A DNA stretch of 64,000 nt from Trichodelitschia bisporula (taxonomy: Eukaryota): positions 1,400,579 to 1,464,578 of the forward strand of contig ML996688.1 of NCBI GenBank assembly GCA_010356995.1, read 5' to 3'. Made by a program: the position numbers and the translations under genes. This document shows positions 12,437 through 27,416 of the stretch, piece by piece. The notes under the pieces are model-generated. The model did not search any database. It was not told where the DNA came from and saw only the letters and a list, made by a program, of their open reading frames with translations. Position 1 is the stretch's first letter, and each line of letters opens with the position of its first letter.

Positions 12437-12532
12437 TGCCGAGAAGTATCTGGCTGCCATAAAGGCACAAGTAAGACGTTGGAAGATGAGCACATAGTCC
12501 GCGAGGATGCATGATGGTACAAGCGGCTTAGG

Positions 12533-13860
<1,328 letters not shown>

Positions 13861-14195
13861 TCGGGAGGATATCGGGAGAGAATTGGACTTGTTGGTGTTC
13901 TATCGGCTTTATATGTGCAAGGTGAAGGTGAGCGGCGTGACTTTCGGTGATATATTTGTAGACAGAGCGCTTGTGGCGCCTATGTGGCGCACCGGTCCTT
14001 CGTCATCAAACACGGTTGACTCAGCCACAGGCGGTGCCTTCAGCGACGTGCATTCAACCTCGAACCTTGATCCTTCTGCCTCTCCCTCCGACTCTGACAA
14101 TTCCACACCACTCCGAAGTGTGTTGAGCTGTTTGCTTTCTGCCATCCGCTCCATTTTTACGCACTTACAGCTCGCGCATCGCACGTCTCGCCGCC

Positions 14196-15175
14196 ATGTC
14201 GTGGTCAGGTCCGTTTCCCCGCAATGCAACCGGGCATCCGTGAACTCACGTCCGCCCCAGGCTTCAAGAAGAAGGTCGACCGGGCCGCTACGCAGGTCAT
14301 GATGAAGACAGGTACGTCTTCCACCAGTTGTTATACATGAGTTATCTAACCTTGTACTACAGGCCAGGTGGAAAAGACAAACGATCGCGACTTTGAGACG
14401 GAGTTGCGCCGCTACCGTACCATGGAGTCAGCAGCCACAAAGTTGCAGAAGGAGGCGAAGGGCTATCTGGATTCTCTGCGAGGTACGTGGGAGAGCACAT
14501 GAGATTATGAATGGTGCTGATGGATGCTAGCCATGACGGCATCGCAGATGCGTATCGCGGAGACAATCGACGCATTTTACGGTGAGGCGGGGGCACGCGA
14601 TGGTGTAAGCCGTAGCTACAAGAAAGCGGTTGAGGATTTGGATGCCGAAACCATCAAGGCTCTGGATGGACCGTATAGGTTCGCTAGGCGTCCCTCACAC
14701 CTACCCCGCTGACATGGCCAGGAAATGCGTCCTCGAGCCTATTTCACGCTTCTGCGCCTACTTTCCAGACATCAACGAGTGCATCAAGAAGCGACAGCAC
14801 AAGCTGACAGACTACGACGGCCTGCGCGCCAAAGTTAAGCGCCTGACGGAAAAGCCGGACAAGGATGTGACGAAGCTGCCGATGGCCGAGAAAGAGGCCG
14901 AGATGGCACGCGGTGCCTACGAGACGCTCAACACGCAACTGCTCGACGAGATTCCTCAGCTCATCGATCTGCGTGTGCCCTATCTCGACCCCAGCTTCGA
15001 GGCTCTCGTCAAGATCCAGCTTCGCTTCTGCGCGGAGGCGTATAGTCGCATGGCGCAGGTGCAGCAGTATCTGGACAAGGATACGCGTGACCAGTACGCC
15101 GAAGGCCATCTGGATGCACGTGTCGAGGAGGTGCTGCAAGAGATTCGTGGACTGAGTATCTCAGGCACCGTCTAA
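14196..15175 (+). CDS. RVS161: BAR-domain amphiphysin Rvs161/Hob3
   Basis: MSWSG|FKKKVDRAATQVMMKTG|QVEKTNDRDF, AKGYLDSLR, LRVPYLDPSFEALVKIQLRFCAE. Four introns. Confidence 0.95.
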
Positions 15176-15433
15176 AGCACAGCGTCACGGTCATGAATCA
15201 ATTAATATCAGTTGGCATATCCGGAAAGGCGGCGTTAGGTAGAGTTGGGACCCATGTCATGTATCTTCACGTCGCGCGTACGAGCCAGCAAAGCTGTAGC
15301 TAGGAGTACCATGATTTCTAGAACGCTGAAAATCGTAGTTGCTCGAACCTGACGCAGATGCCTAACTTCCCGACCTAATCCCTTCTAGTTTTCCCATCCA
15401 GACGCCCAGCCCGTGACTCCGTGAAGAACAAGC

Positions 15434-16791
15434 TTAATCATCCAAGTCGAGAACGACGGATTCGGTAGGCTTGAGAGCCGGCTGCTCCGGATGCATGGGA
15501 TAAATGGGCGCGGAGTAAGTATCGCCATCGAATAGCAGCAGATTCTGGATGGGCTGCTCGCGCTTACTCAGGACGTTGATGATATCCTGCGCAAGCTGGC
15601 CACCCAGAATCGCCGTGACAGGTGCCAACTCGGCATCAAGGCAATCCAGAAGCATCCCGGCATCCACACCATTGTGCACAGCGTCGAGATTCAGACCCAG
15701 CACGGCAATCTCGCGGTTCACGAGCCGGCGATAGTTCACCACGTCCTCGTGCTCGCTGTCGTCGAAGATACGCCTAGCAGGCACCCGGCCGCACTCTACC
15801 TCGAAGGCAAACAGCGCACGCAGCATAGGCAGCAGCGACGGGACCTGGCGAACGCGGCGGCTGGATGCCTTGACGAAAGCGGGCAGCGGGGCAGTGACGG
15901 CAACGTCGAGCGGCACGTAGCGCTCGCGCTTGGTCACGAACTCCTTGACCTGACCGTTCTCGCGCTTCGTCGTCGCGGCTACGATGTCCCGCGTGGGCGT
16001 CTCGGGCGCGAGCACGGTCGGCACATTGCCCTTCTTGCGCTCGATGACGAAGGTGTGTGAGATCAGGTCGGCGAAGATGAAGCCCATGTAGCCGTGCACA
16101 GCTGCCGCGTAAAAGGGCTTATTCTGCTTCCGGGTGGCGGTGTTCAGCGCTTTGAGCACTAGGTACGGGAGCGACGTTGCGATGACCACGTCGTATGGCG
16201 CCAGGAAGGCACCCGTCGGATCTTTGTCGAGCTGGTCTGAGATTGGCACGGTAGACACGCTGATCTTGACACGCGGATTCAGCTCTTGGAGGTACGGGAC
16301 TGCGGCCTCCGCGCGCTGGATGCGGTGTTAGTTGGGGTGGAAGGCTCGGGGTGACATTGTTACTGACGTTCTTGCCCACATCGTCCCCCGAAACGCAGAA
16401 CTGCGCGGCTAGATCCTCTGCCGTTACTACTTCGTGGTCGGCAACTGTGAGCGAGCCAATGCCCGCCAGGACCAAGTTCTTTGCAACCTCGTTTGCCAGC
16501 GCCTTGAACGAGATCAGGAGGATGTTCGCCTTGCGGATGCTGGGGAAAGGCGTTAGCTGCTAAGTACGCCAGTCGGAGAAGCACAAGGCTGAAACAAGCG
16601 ACAATGGACGTACTTCTCCTGAGCTTGGACGCCCCACAGGCGGATCTGGCGGTCGTACAGAGCGATTTCATCTTGCGGAGCTTGTTAGAGATGGAGCTGA
16701 ACAGCGAAGGCGCAGACTTGCCAGCACTGATGTGCTCCTGGACGGGGCCGCCGTCGGTCGTGGGAGTAGCGGCGCCGTTGTTATTAGTCAT
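15434..16791 (-). CDS. AOS1: SUMO-activating enzyme E1 subunit 1 (Aos1/Rad31)
   Basis: EIALYDRQIRLWG, ANILLISFKALANEVAKNLVLAGIGSLT, LNPRVKI and ELAPVTAILGGQLAQDIINVL. Multi-exon. Confidence 0.92.
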
Positions 16792-17579
16792 TGAGGATAA
16801 CAGTGATGGTGGGTAGGTAGTGGATAAAAGTGGAAGTATATAGGGGGAGCTGATAAAGCCATGGTGGGTGGGAAGCCGCGTCGCGTCGACTGCGTCGACT
16901 GTGGCGGTGCCGCACTGGACTGTAAGTGTGGCTTTGGCGTGAAGATGGTACAATCGATAAGCGTGGGGATGAGCCTTTGCAAACTTGTGCCTCACTGATG
17001 CCTGAATAGTGCCCTGTTGCTGCCTTATCGCTGCCTCGAATGAAGGCCGGTCACTGGACTGTAGTGTCACTGGACTGCCGTTCCACTGGGACTGGACACT
17101 TCAGCAACTCGCAACCTCTTGATCAAAAGTCTCTCCCGTCTCTTCAATCTCATTCACGGACACCAGAAGAGCGGATACAATCATTCTTGCCTTGTTCGAT
17201 TGTTCCAACAACCCCCTAACCCCACCCCAATTCACTCCAAACCCCCGTCTCTCTTCAACTCGCCTCTTCACCTCCGCCTCTCCTTCACAACCCTTTCCCT
17301 CATAAATACCTTTGTTATCCCAATCGCCCTACCGCACTGCATTCGCCCATTTACAAGTCGTCTGTGCCTCCGTCTGTCGTCGTTGTCGTCCGTCTTCCCC
17401 ATCGGATGCCACAACCCCCCCCCTTCACTACCCAACAACCACGCCAACGCCCCTCCGTCCACCCCCACCCCCACCATACAGCCCCGGCTGTCCTGCCTGA
17501 ACCGCCGACTGTCCACCCCGCCGTCCATACGTATCGCAAGTACAGCTGTACACACGCACAGCACCCCTCGGACAGGTCC

Positions 17580-19433
17580 ATGACGGGATCAGGCCCAACT
17601 AGATCTAATCCTTTGTCCAACATAATGTCCGGGAACTTCGACTTCCCCCCTTCTTCCGATCCAAACAGTGTTATCGGTAGACTTACGGCACGCTTCGAGG
17701 GCCTCCGCCAAACACTGCAGGCCAACAATAATCGAGAAGAAGGTACCACTACCCGCGAGGGCGCCGTGCAGCGGCAAACCGCCTCTTCCAGAGTCCGTCA
17801 TCGCCCCGTTACCTCCATGCCAACGCCCATTCCGCCGCCCACTGGCTCCGAGGCTCGGCCTGCTGCATCAAGCTCCGGCTCGTCTAGCACCACCGCTCAA
17901 AGTCGCCCCCGCCCGCGCTCGCGCACACTCGTCAACGAAATGTCGTCGCTTCGTCGCATGCGCCAGGACACTCACGAAGAGGGTCAGCCTGCCTCAGATG
18001 AGCAGTCGCTATACACGGGCGGGGAATCACTGTCGCAGATGAACCCCGTCTGGAATGGTCTGTTGGCAGAAGCCCGCTATGCGCCTAGTGTGTCGCAGCA
18101 ACTAATAGACCTTTCATCTACAGAACCGCAAACTTCCTCCGCCGACCGACACGCTGAGGCCCGCACCATGTTTCGTCGGCGTCAGAACAAGCGCGTTAAG
18201 ATCAGCCATGGCGCCGACGTCACATTTCCTTCAATCTCCTACGGCCACTTTGGCCAGGTTGAACCCGGTCAGTTGAAGTTGGAGATTGTCAAGTGCGAAG
18301 GCGTCGACTACCACAACGACACCCGTCTTGTACACCGCGTCGAGAATGTGCTCCGGGATGACAAAACCATATACTGCGCCAAGAGCTCGCGGTGCAATTT
18401 GATGTTCCGTCATCAAGCGGAGGCCCTCTTCACGCTGGAAAGCCTTGTCATCAAGGCGGCTCAAAGCTGCTACGCCATGCTGTTAGTCTCTCGTGGCCAC
18501 GTTTTGCCGCATCGCTAAAGTTGCAGCAGGCCCCACAAAGGCATGGTCTTTGTGGGCATGTCGGCGGAGAAGCTCATCAAAGGAGCGGCCAGCTATCATG
18601 TCCGTTACAGCAGCTGCGCCTCAATACCATCGGACGACTCTGAGTTCTGCAACAGCCTTACCCGGGTGGAAGGACTGCACGACCCAGATATCCTCGAGGC
18701 TTCGAGGCGTCACGGACATGTCGGAATGGACTCGGTCTTCGCGCGCTCGGACCGGCTCCAGTCCGGACGGTCAGATTTCGCGTTTGACATGGACGATGTT
18801 GGTGACGAGAATCCCGAGCCATTTGACGAAGAACAGTTTGATTTTGACAACTGTATCCTTACTCAGGCACTGGACTCCGAGATCACCACAGCACCGACCC
18901 CGCCACCCCCGTTTACCATTGTCGTCGAACGCGACGACATGTCAGCCGACGGTGACTCCGCCTCCGACACCGAGCCCCAGCCCATACGTATACCCACAGG
19001 ATCACTCCGTCCTATCGGACGCACCACCGTCGACAGCTCCCCTTCCGGCCGCTCTAGACGCCGCATCCAGCTGTGGCCCCAACCGCCAGCGTACATGCCG
19101 CGCCGGCGGTTGTCAGTCGGGACGGTGGAGCCGCGCAATGACGCCAACGAGGACGAGCTGTTGGAGCCGTCGGCGCGCTTCTCCATCTACAAGGGCCACG
19201 GTAAGGTTACGGTCAAGTTTGACCCACCACTGTAAGTTCTCCATCGTTTGGGCCCACACGTTGAGCTCGTTTCGTATTTAATGGTTCGCTTATCAGTGTC
19301 TAGGAGCGGCCGCTTTATCCTTCTCAAGATGTTCAGTCCCCGCCAGCCGGACGAGTCCAATATCGTCATCCAACATGTTGGCGCGACGGGCTTCGTTGGG
19401 CCACGCTTCTTCCCGTCGTTTCAGATGAAGTAA
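17580..19433 (+). CDS. Uncharacterised fungal protein with a disordered N-terminus; start codon uncertain (17580 or 17624)
   Basis: Long ORF plus two further exons (18530-19231, 19304-19433). Contains YGHFGQVEPGQLKLEIVKC, ENVLRDDKTIYC, VTVKFDPPL|SGRFILLKM and GATGFVGPRFFP. Confidence 0.75.
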
Positions 19434-19773
19434 CTGCTAGGTGCAGTACATACGTGGTGTCTTGTCGCGAAACCGTCTGGTGGCTCCGCATCAGTTGCGG
19501 CGAGTAGTACCTGAAGCAGTGGTGTATTCTTTCTAGCGCTGGGCTCGATATACTGTGGGCCGACGTGCAGTTGATTACGTATGGACAGGCGGTATCTGGG
19601 TTAAGATTACAATCACTTTGCTGGGTCCAACTGTCTGTGGCATCATGTAAAATCGAGCAGCTGGATGGGATAACATGGAATACGAGAGGACAGAAGTCAA
19701 GCGTGCACACCCACCATTTGCCTCGCTACAATGTAACCTGGTATTTACGCGTAATCAAACTAGATGAGCCAGT

Positions 19774-21366
19774 CTACTCCACCTTCGCCCTCCCCACTCT
19801 CTTCACACCCAACCCCCCCAAAAGCGTCCAAAACACCCACCCAGCCCCTAACATTACCACAGCCGCTGTGCCCCAAGCCACAAGCCCCCCCATAGCTGTA
19901 TCGAGCACCGGCACCCTCACCACCCCCACAAGACCCGCACGTCCCTCCACCGACGCAGGCGTAAAATGGTAAAACATAGTCCGCGTCCCAAACAACCCGT
20001 CATACCCGAGATCCGTCCTATCAAACGGCCCTGCCGCGAACTTAGTCCCTTCCTCCGCGGGACAGGCCCAAAACACCGCAGGTGCGGGCAGGGGCACCGC
20101 AGCGCTCGGACCCGTGCTATTGGCGCCGGGGGGCCGCGGAGGCAGATACCGCGCGTGAAGTGGGAGAGTTGCGTTCCAGACTCCCTTCTCGCTTCCGGTT
20201 AGGTCCTCGGGGTCTGGAGGCGCGAGCTCGAATAATGCGGCTTGGCCCCATTGCTCGACTACCCAGTCTGGGGCTTCGAGGTCGGTGGCGCCGGCGAGGG
20301 AGTGCAGTGCTGCGACGCCGTGGGTGCCGGCGTATAGGGCGTCGGCGAAGGGATAGGGGTCTACGAAGAGGGCGGAGGGGAGGGTGAGGGCGGTGTGCAG
20401 GCGGCAGGAGCGGTCGGGGGGTGTTAGGGCTGAGAGGGGGAAGGAGAGTCGCAAGGAGGGGTGGAGGCCTTGTGGGGGCGGGAGGGAGGGGGTGAATTTC
20501 GAGGTGGTGGGGAGGGGGTGGTGGCGCGAGGGTGCGGAGAAGAGCGTTTGGACGGCTTTGGTGTCTTTGCCTACTACGGCTAGGTAGCCGCCGAAGGAGA
20601 GCGCTGCGGGCTCGGTCGCGGGCTCGTTGCGTAGGATGCCGACTTCCAGCGCGCCTGGGGAGGAGGCGTGGTGGGTTTCGTACCAGGCCGGTTCGGCGGG
20701 CGCGGAGGGTGGGGCGGGGTACAGGGCGCGGAGGACGAGGGCGTGAGAGATGGCGGAGTAGTCGGCGTCGAGGGAGACGGCGGTGCGGAGGTCATGGGCG
20801 AGGAGGCGGCAGTGGAAGTTTTCCTCGGGGCAGATGGCGCGCACAATGTAGGCGGAGAGGTCGGCGAGGGTGAAGACGGGGGCGTAGAACGTTTTCGAGG
20901 CGGAGGAGGAGAAGCGGCCGGATAGGATGGGTGGGGTGGTGAAGGTGTTTAGGGAGGTACATTTTAGGGTGCGTGAAAAGAGGGTTTTGAGTAGTGGGCA
21001 AAGAGCCGGAAGGTCGCTGTTGCTGGTACTGTCGTTACGGGGTGTGAGGGAGATGTGCAGGCCTGGAGAGACGCGAGAGACGAAAGGGGCGACGGTGGAG
21101 TAAGGGCGTGGAGAGGCCCAGCGGATGTGAAGCTCATGGAGATCTTTGAGAACTTGCCAGATCTGCAGTTTCACGAGTTAATACTGATAGAAATGCTAGA
21201 AGATGAATTGATGTACCTCTTTCGGCAGCTGTTCGAAGCCAATGGTAATCTGGTGCTCCTTGTCCGCATTAAGGCCCGATACGGCGAGAGTCGTACTTGT
21301 GATTTCAATGTCCGATGGGTCAAAGTCCGAACCCGGGTGTATTAAGTAGGTGATTCGTTCTCGCAT
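19774..21366 (-). CDS. PBN1: GPI mannosyltransferase I subunit Pbn1/PIG-X
   Basis: MRERITY start, ELHIRW, PGLH, QTLFSAPSRHH, PQGLHP, LFVDPY, DLEAPDWVVEQWG, LPLHARYL and a C-terminal TM helix. One intron. Confidence 0.9.
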
Positions 21367-21831
21367 TTTGGACTGGAGATGTGAAGGCTGAAGATGCTTT
21401 ACTTGCGTAGCGACCACATGTCGTCAAGAGACTCACGTGCTCAGAATGGGCTTCGCAATGAGCTCCAAGCACTTTGGTTCGGATAATAATTGATCCACTC
21501 CGCTTCAGCCTTACCGGAATTTGCACCGGTAATGACAAAGGGTCGCCTGAAAATTTGTGGCCGCTCTGCTGGTGTATATTTGCGAACGGGGATGGCCACG
21601 ACCTTTTTCGTATATCCAGGGATCTCGCATAGCTACCTTGCAGCTTTGCAGTCTCAAACCCATCTTGCTTTTCATCATAGGATTACAGTATCATTCAAGA
21701 GATGTTTGATGCCATCAACCAATACCAAATCGACTCCATTCCAAAAATGCACTACATTCCACTATTCATCAGGCATCCAACACAGGTCCGGGTATCTCTC
21801 CTTTTAAAAAGGCCGGTCCCAATTCTACCAC

Positions 21832-23839
21832 TTAAACCTTTTCGTCATGCACTTTCTGATCATGAACGCCGCCATGATGGACACCTGCTTCCCTATCCTT
21901 GAGCATCTGCGCAGCGACACTGCTCCGCCTCTGCTCCTGGAGTGCCGCAATCTCAGCGAGCGACTGCCTTCGGCCCGTATCTCCTCCCTCACGCTCAATC
22001 TCCGAAAATTTGATCATCGGCCTAAACTTCTTGCTCTGCCATGCCTTGCCAACCACTTCATACAGTTCATCGACTTGCTCGAGTGTAAGACCCTTAGTCT
22101 CGTAAATCATGGTGTAGGTGAAGATGATGCAGAATAAACAGAAACTACCCCAAACGAAAAACACTTTGGACTGAAGGTTGGCGTGCTCCGGGTCTACCAT
22201 GTATGGAGTCGAGTACGCGATCGCCCAGTTGAGCAGCCAGTTGGAGGCTGTGGTGAAGGATAGGCACTTCGCGCGAGCCTTGAGCGGAAAGAGTTCAGAC
22301 GTAACGGCCCATGCGACCGGACCCCATGTGCTGGCGAAGAAGAAGATGTAGATGCACACAAAGGCAATGGCTGCCTTTTGAGCTGCTATATCACTGAATG
22401 ATGCTGTCGTGCCGACAATTGCCACGATGTACTGGCACACGCACATGCCTGGGAAGTTAGCCTCTTAATCAGAAAACGTGGACGTGACCGTACCAATAGC
22501 GCCCATCAACAGAAGATTGCGTCGCCCCATTGTCTCAACGAGATACAGACCCGGGAAGGTAGACACAACATTTACGCTGTTCGTAATGACTTGGATGGTA
22601 AATGGACTGTGGAAGCCAGCATTCTTGAAATATTGTGTGCCGTAGTAAAAGATGAAGTTGACGCCGGTGAGTTGCTGCAGCGCCTGCAAGCCGCAGCCAG
22701 TGATAAGCCGCTTCAGTACAGTACCTCTGAAACAATCTTTGTAACTGGCTTTCCCCAGGGTCATTTCGAAGTTGTGATTCGCTTCGATTTCGGAGATCTC
22801 TTCCTCGATCACGGGGCTGTCATACGGGAGCCGGCGCAACTTCCCAAGCGATCTCGTCGCCTGACAATACGGTTTAGCAAGATGCACATATGACAAGGCT
22901 AACTCCATCGTACCTTATCGCGCTGCCCATTCTTGATCAGGAACCTGGGCGTTTCTGGAAGGAACAAGAGTCTAAGCACTTAGCACATGAAGGCTGAACG
23001 CCTCAAGTTGACGTACCCAGTAACGAGAATCAGGGACCAGGCGAATTGTATGGCGATCGGAATCCGATATGAACCAGAGTCGTTTCTGTCCTTTGACGAG
23101 TTGTTCACGATGGCGGCAAGAAGCAAGCCTTGAACGGGTTAGCATTGCACGTAAAATTTTACCGGGCAGTGATGCTTCCTACCGATTGTGATTGCCAGTT
23201 GATAGCATCCAACAATGGTTCCCCGAATCCACTTCGGCGCAGTCTCAGACTGATACATAGGGACTACTTTCTGTTAGTGCCATCCAGGCACAAATTGCAG
23301 GTCAGCATACTCATGACCGATACCAAGCCAACACCAAGACCGGCAAAGAAGCGGCCAGCGATGAACATGGGACGAGCAGTTGAGGCAGCCTGCAAAATGA
23401 CCCCGAGGTTGAACACCACGCCAGCGCTCAGCATCAAGCCGATCCTCCGACCAAGGAAATCGGCAAAGGGGGCTGCCAAAAGGGCACCGAAAAAAGTACC
23501 AGCGGATAGGATCGATACGATCAGGGAGTTTTGTGCGGCCGTAAGGGCACGGTCACTGCCATTAACAGCTGGGTCGGCAAATTCGTTCAGCCAGTATGGC
23601 ATGGCAATGATGCCACTGATTGTGCCCGTGTCATAGCTGCGTGCTACGTTAGCTGTCGGTCATTTGAGGACAGGTGATTTCATACCCGTATAGTACACCA
23701 CCAAAGGCCACAAAAAGGCCTATGACAATTGCGGGCCTTGGATTATATTAGCATGCTGCGAGAGGTTACAAGCTCAAAAATAATGTTCTTACCAAGCTTT
23801 CCCTGGGACATCGTCCGGCTTCTTGATTAGAGTTACCAT
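21832..23839 (-). CDS. MFS sugar porter, high-affinity glucose transporter type
   Basis: MVTLIKKPDDVPGKAW|PAIVIGLFVAFGGVLYG|YDTGTISG, LGRR, PETPRF, QALQQLTGVNFIFYYG and YETKGLTLEQVDELY. Several introns. Confidence 0.95.
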
Positions 23840-24292
23840 TTCTGCTATCGATACTCCGTTTCACGCCCGATAATGCTTGAGGCCAGAGGAAAAGTGCCAA
23901 AGCTACTATATCGCCAGGCGGGTGCGCAGCTACCCATTTTGTAGGCTTACACGACGGCACATCGAAAAGCCTGCGACAATAAGGAATACCAAGCTTTTTG
24001 GTTGTGACGTCGTGTTTGCAGCTTCAATGGCAAGGAGATGGGAGAGATCAACCAGTAACATGCTTGGATGGAAGCCACCCCCGGATCCCATTAGGGCGAT
24101 CGTGGGACGAGCAAGCTGCGGTTGGTTCCGCAAACTAACAAGTAGCCGTACACGCGAGCGGTGCACCGGACGGAAGATTCGACGACAGTAACAGCTGACA
24201 CGGGGAAGTGGACAGTCTGCGCCAATGCCTCCAATGTAACCCTCTGGATGATCAGCCACCTGCGACAGTGGCGGTCGAGGTTGGAGTGGAAT

Positions 24293-24960
24293 GCGGGGAA
24301 GTTGGGCACGCATGTCTCTTCAAAAACACCATGGGACGCGAAAAATTCTCCGCGGCTTCATCTCAGAACCTTTCCTGCCGTACAACATGCCGTCGGAACT
24401 GTTAGCTTGCTCGGCTGGATCGAAGACATGCAAGTCGCTGGTTCATGTTCCGGCCCGTCACCGAGTCCGGAACTCTGCATGCGGCGCAGGACTCGTCCAA
24501 CGCATTCTTAAGTATCCAGTTGTCATTCGAGCTGGCGAAGTTTGCTAGCCTCGCGAGACGCATTTGGACTAGACTTTTAGATAATGTACGACGGAACCGG
24601 TAATGGAATCTAGGAGCGTCCGGGTGAAGATAAGGAGTATCTCGGATGTGTTCAACTGTACAGTAATATCTGCAAGATGGCAACCGGCAGCATCGTTGCA
24701 CTCAACTTCCGCAGAGGCGAATGGGCTGTTTGAAATAAGCGCAGAAGTAATGCACTGTTTGCCGTCCCGACGGGTAGAAGGGCAGCGGGCTGGGACACAA
24801 GGACGCTGGTTGGTTTTTTTTTGGGAGTTGAGGTGGTTGGGGAAGTTAGGATGGAGCGTGTGGGGAGGCACGGGAGGGGTAGGCGTGGAAGCCCCAAGAA
24901 TAATCGCCATAGTGCGGGGTAACTTCTCGGCGAGAATGCACGGGCCAGAAACACCCCACC
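24293..24960. promoter_or_regulatory. Possible CreA/Mig1 (SYGGRG) sites in the long transporter/TauD divergent intergenic region
   Basis: GCGGGG at 24293 and 24914, GTGGGG near 24859, and reverse-strand copies near 24347 and 24954. A short motif that also arises by chance. Confidence 0.3.
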
Positions 24961-25872
24961 AGGCCGCCAGCTTTCATCATCGATCGCCTGATGGCCCCGG
25001 CGTCTGTCCCGTCAATTTTGAGAGCTTTTTTCGACCACCACCACTCAAGACACCACACATCAACACAAAAATGCTTCAACTTCTTCAAAGGCCTTATGTT
25101 TCACCCCACTGCCACGTCTCATCACCATGTACATGCAGCCATCTGCCGTGCTCGTTTCTCACGCATTAACCCATGCGTGTGAGCTTTTCCGAACGCCGCG
25201 GTATATCTCTATGCTCTTGAGGACAGGACGGCACTTGGACTTCCTAAACTTCCTAAAATGCCATTCCCTCTAGAACTAGACATTGCATGTTCATTCAACT
25301 GCCAATGGCCGAACTCTTAGCCTCGCCTACGTGGGTGGGCTACATGGGACTTTCAGCCTCTTTTGATAGAGGTAGCCGCCGCTCTTGCCGTCCCACGCTG
25401 CCCCACGCTGTGCGCAATCAGCCGATGGGGCGATTACCGCAGGGCCCCCGCCCCGCTTCCACGAACAGCTGTGGGACTGGATGGCATTCTCGGTCTGGTC
25501 CTCCGGCTCCTAGGATTCGTCTACGAATGGGCGGTGGTTTTTTTTTGCTTTTCCCTGCATCTCCTTACCTCCAAATGGCCAACGCCTGCAGCTTGCACGG
25601 ATCCCGACAGCCGCAATTCTTCAGCTCATGCAGTGGAATAACATCTCACCCTAGGACGCGATATGGCGACTGGTCGATGAGCTGTCAGTCTGAGGAAACC
25701 CAAAGAGGAGCACGCCCTACCTGCATCAAAGTAATGCCTGCGCTTCTAGATGCCCCGCCAATTACTCAGCCAGTTAGTCGAATAAAAGGATGGGTCTGCT
25801 CAAGTGGAAGTGTTTGAAAGGGAGTTTTGTCTTTGAAGAAGATTGTCGTGTTCCGCCCCACCAAGCAACAGG

Positions 25873-27416
25873 ATGGCGATGGCAATTCGGCGCTCCGCTC
25901 CACCACAACCCGCAAACCATGGCACTGGCCTGCGCAGACGCTATTCAGAAGATAAGCAGCGCACTGCAGATGCTCCGCACTCCACAGACGCTATACCAAT
26001 GAGCATCGACTCCATCCTGGCACAACCCACTCGCTCGCCGGACATTGAATGGAACCCGTCGTTCACGTGGTATGAAGAGCGCGTGAAATTTCTATCTGGT
26101 CTTGGGTTGAAGAGGCCAACCAGAGTTCCGAAAGACTTCCCGAATGTTGTGTATGAGCCCTGGGTCTGGGATGGACGGGATTTCAGGGATGAGGGACAGT
26201 ATGTTGTGCATCTGCAAGAAAACGACGTAGCCGAGATCGAAGAGGCTCTAGCTACGTTCAAAGGTGGTCCCTTAACCCGATCGTATAATATGACGTGCCG
26301 GGTTAACTCCGAGTAGACCGAATCGGACGTTTGGAACTGGCTGATGTCAACCGCCGCACCTTTCCGCTCCCGCAATTGAAGGAACGGCTTGAAGACATTG
26401 CACAAGAACTTCACCGTGGAATCGGCTTCACAGTGATTCGAGGATTGGAACCTCGCAATTATTCTCCGCTCGATAATGCCATTATCTACTTGGGAGTTAC
26501 GAGCTACATTGCCGAGACTCGGGGATGCCAAGATTCTAGTGGTAATATGTTCAGTCAGTTTCCTGTTCCCTTTTGGAAGTGCAACTAATCGTGCTGACTG
26601 ACTGTCGTAAGTCCATGTAAAGGATCTCGGTAATTCCATACCCAACTCAGATATGAGGCAATCGCCCTATGCCTCCAACGCTCAGGTAGGCCCGTGGAGC
26701 TCGTTTGAAGACAACACTGACCTGCTCCAGCCGTTCCATAATGACGTCTGCGACATTCTGGCAATGTATGTCCAGGAGCAGGCGGTAGAGGGAGGCGAGA
26801 GTCATCTGGCGTCTTGTGCCAAAATCTACAACGAGATTGCTGCGACCAGACCCGACGTGATTCACACGTTGGCCGATCCGTCCTGGATTTTCGACAAGTG
26901 CGTCTGAACCTCTGCTTCCTCGTGAGCTTGTATTTAACAGGCCGTAGACACGAAAGCCCGCCACGCTGGAATACGCGGGCCCTGCTTTTCAACTTTGGCG
27001 ATAAAGGACCCGGCTTTTGCTTTTCACGCCGGCCTATAACCGGTTCTCCGACATCCCCACGGAGTACCGGTGTGCCGGCCATGACAGAAGCTCAAGCTGA
27101 AGCCATCGACATGGTGCATTTCACCGCCATGAAACATCGCCTGACGATGAAGCTCAAGCGAGGCGACATTCAACTCATAAACAATGTTGCAATACAGCAT
27201 GCTCGCAGCGAGTTTCGGGACAGCACCATTCAGAGACGACACATCGTTCGACTGTGGTTGAGGAACGAGCAACTCGCATGGGGGACGCCTGAGGGACTTG
27301 AGCGAACATGGTTCGAGAAATATGGAGAGTCCGAGCGACGCAAGATTGCGAAATGGAACTTCCTCCCGGGTGCCACTCGTGAAAGAATACTGTTTCGCAA
27401 GGACAGCTGCAGCTGA
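25873..27416 (+). CDS. TauD/TfdA (clavaminate synthase-like) Fe(II)/2-oxoglutarate dioxygenase
   Basis: FPLP...GIGFTVIRGL, PFHND (HxD), GGESHLAS, GDIQLINN..IQHAR (distal His) and RHIVRLWL. Four introns. Confidence 0.9.
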
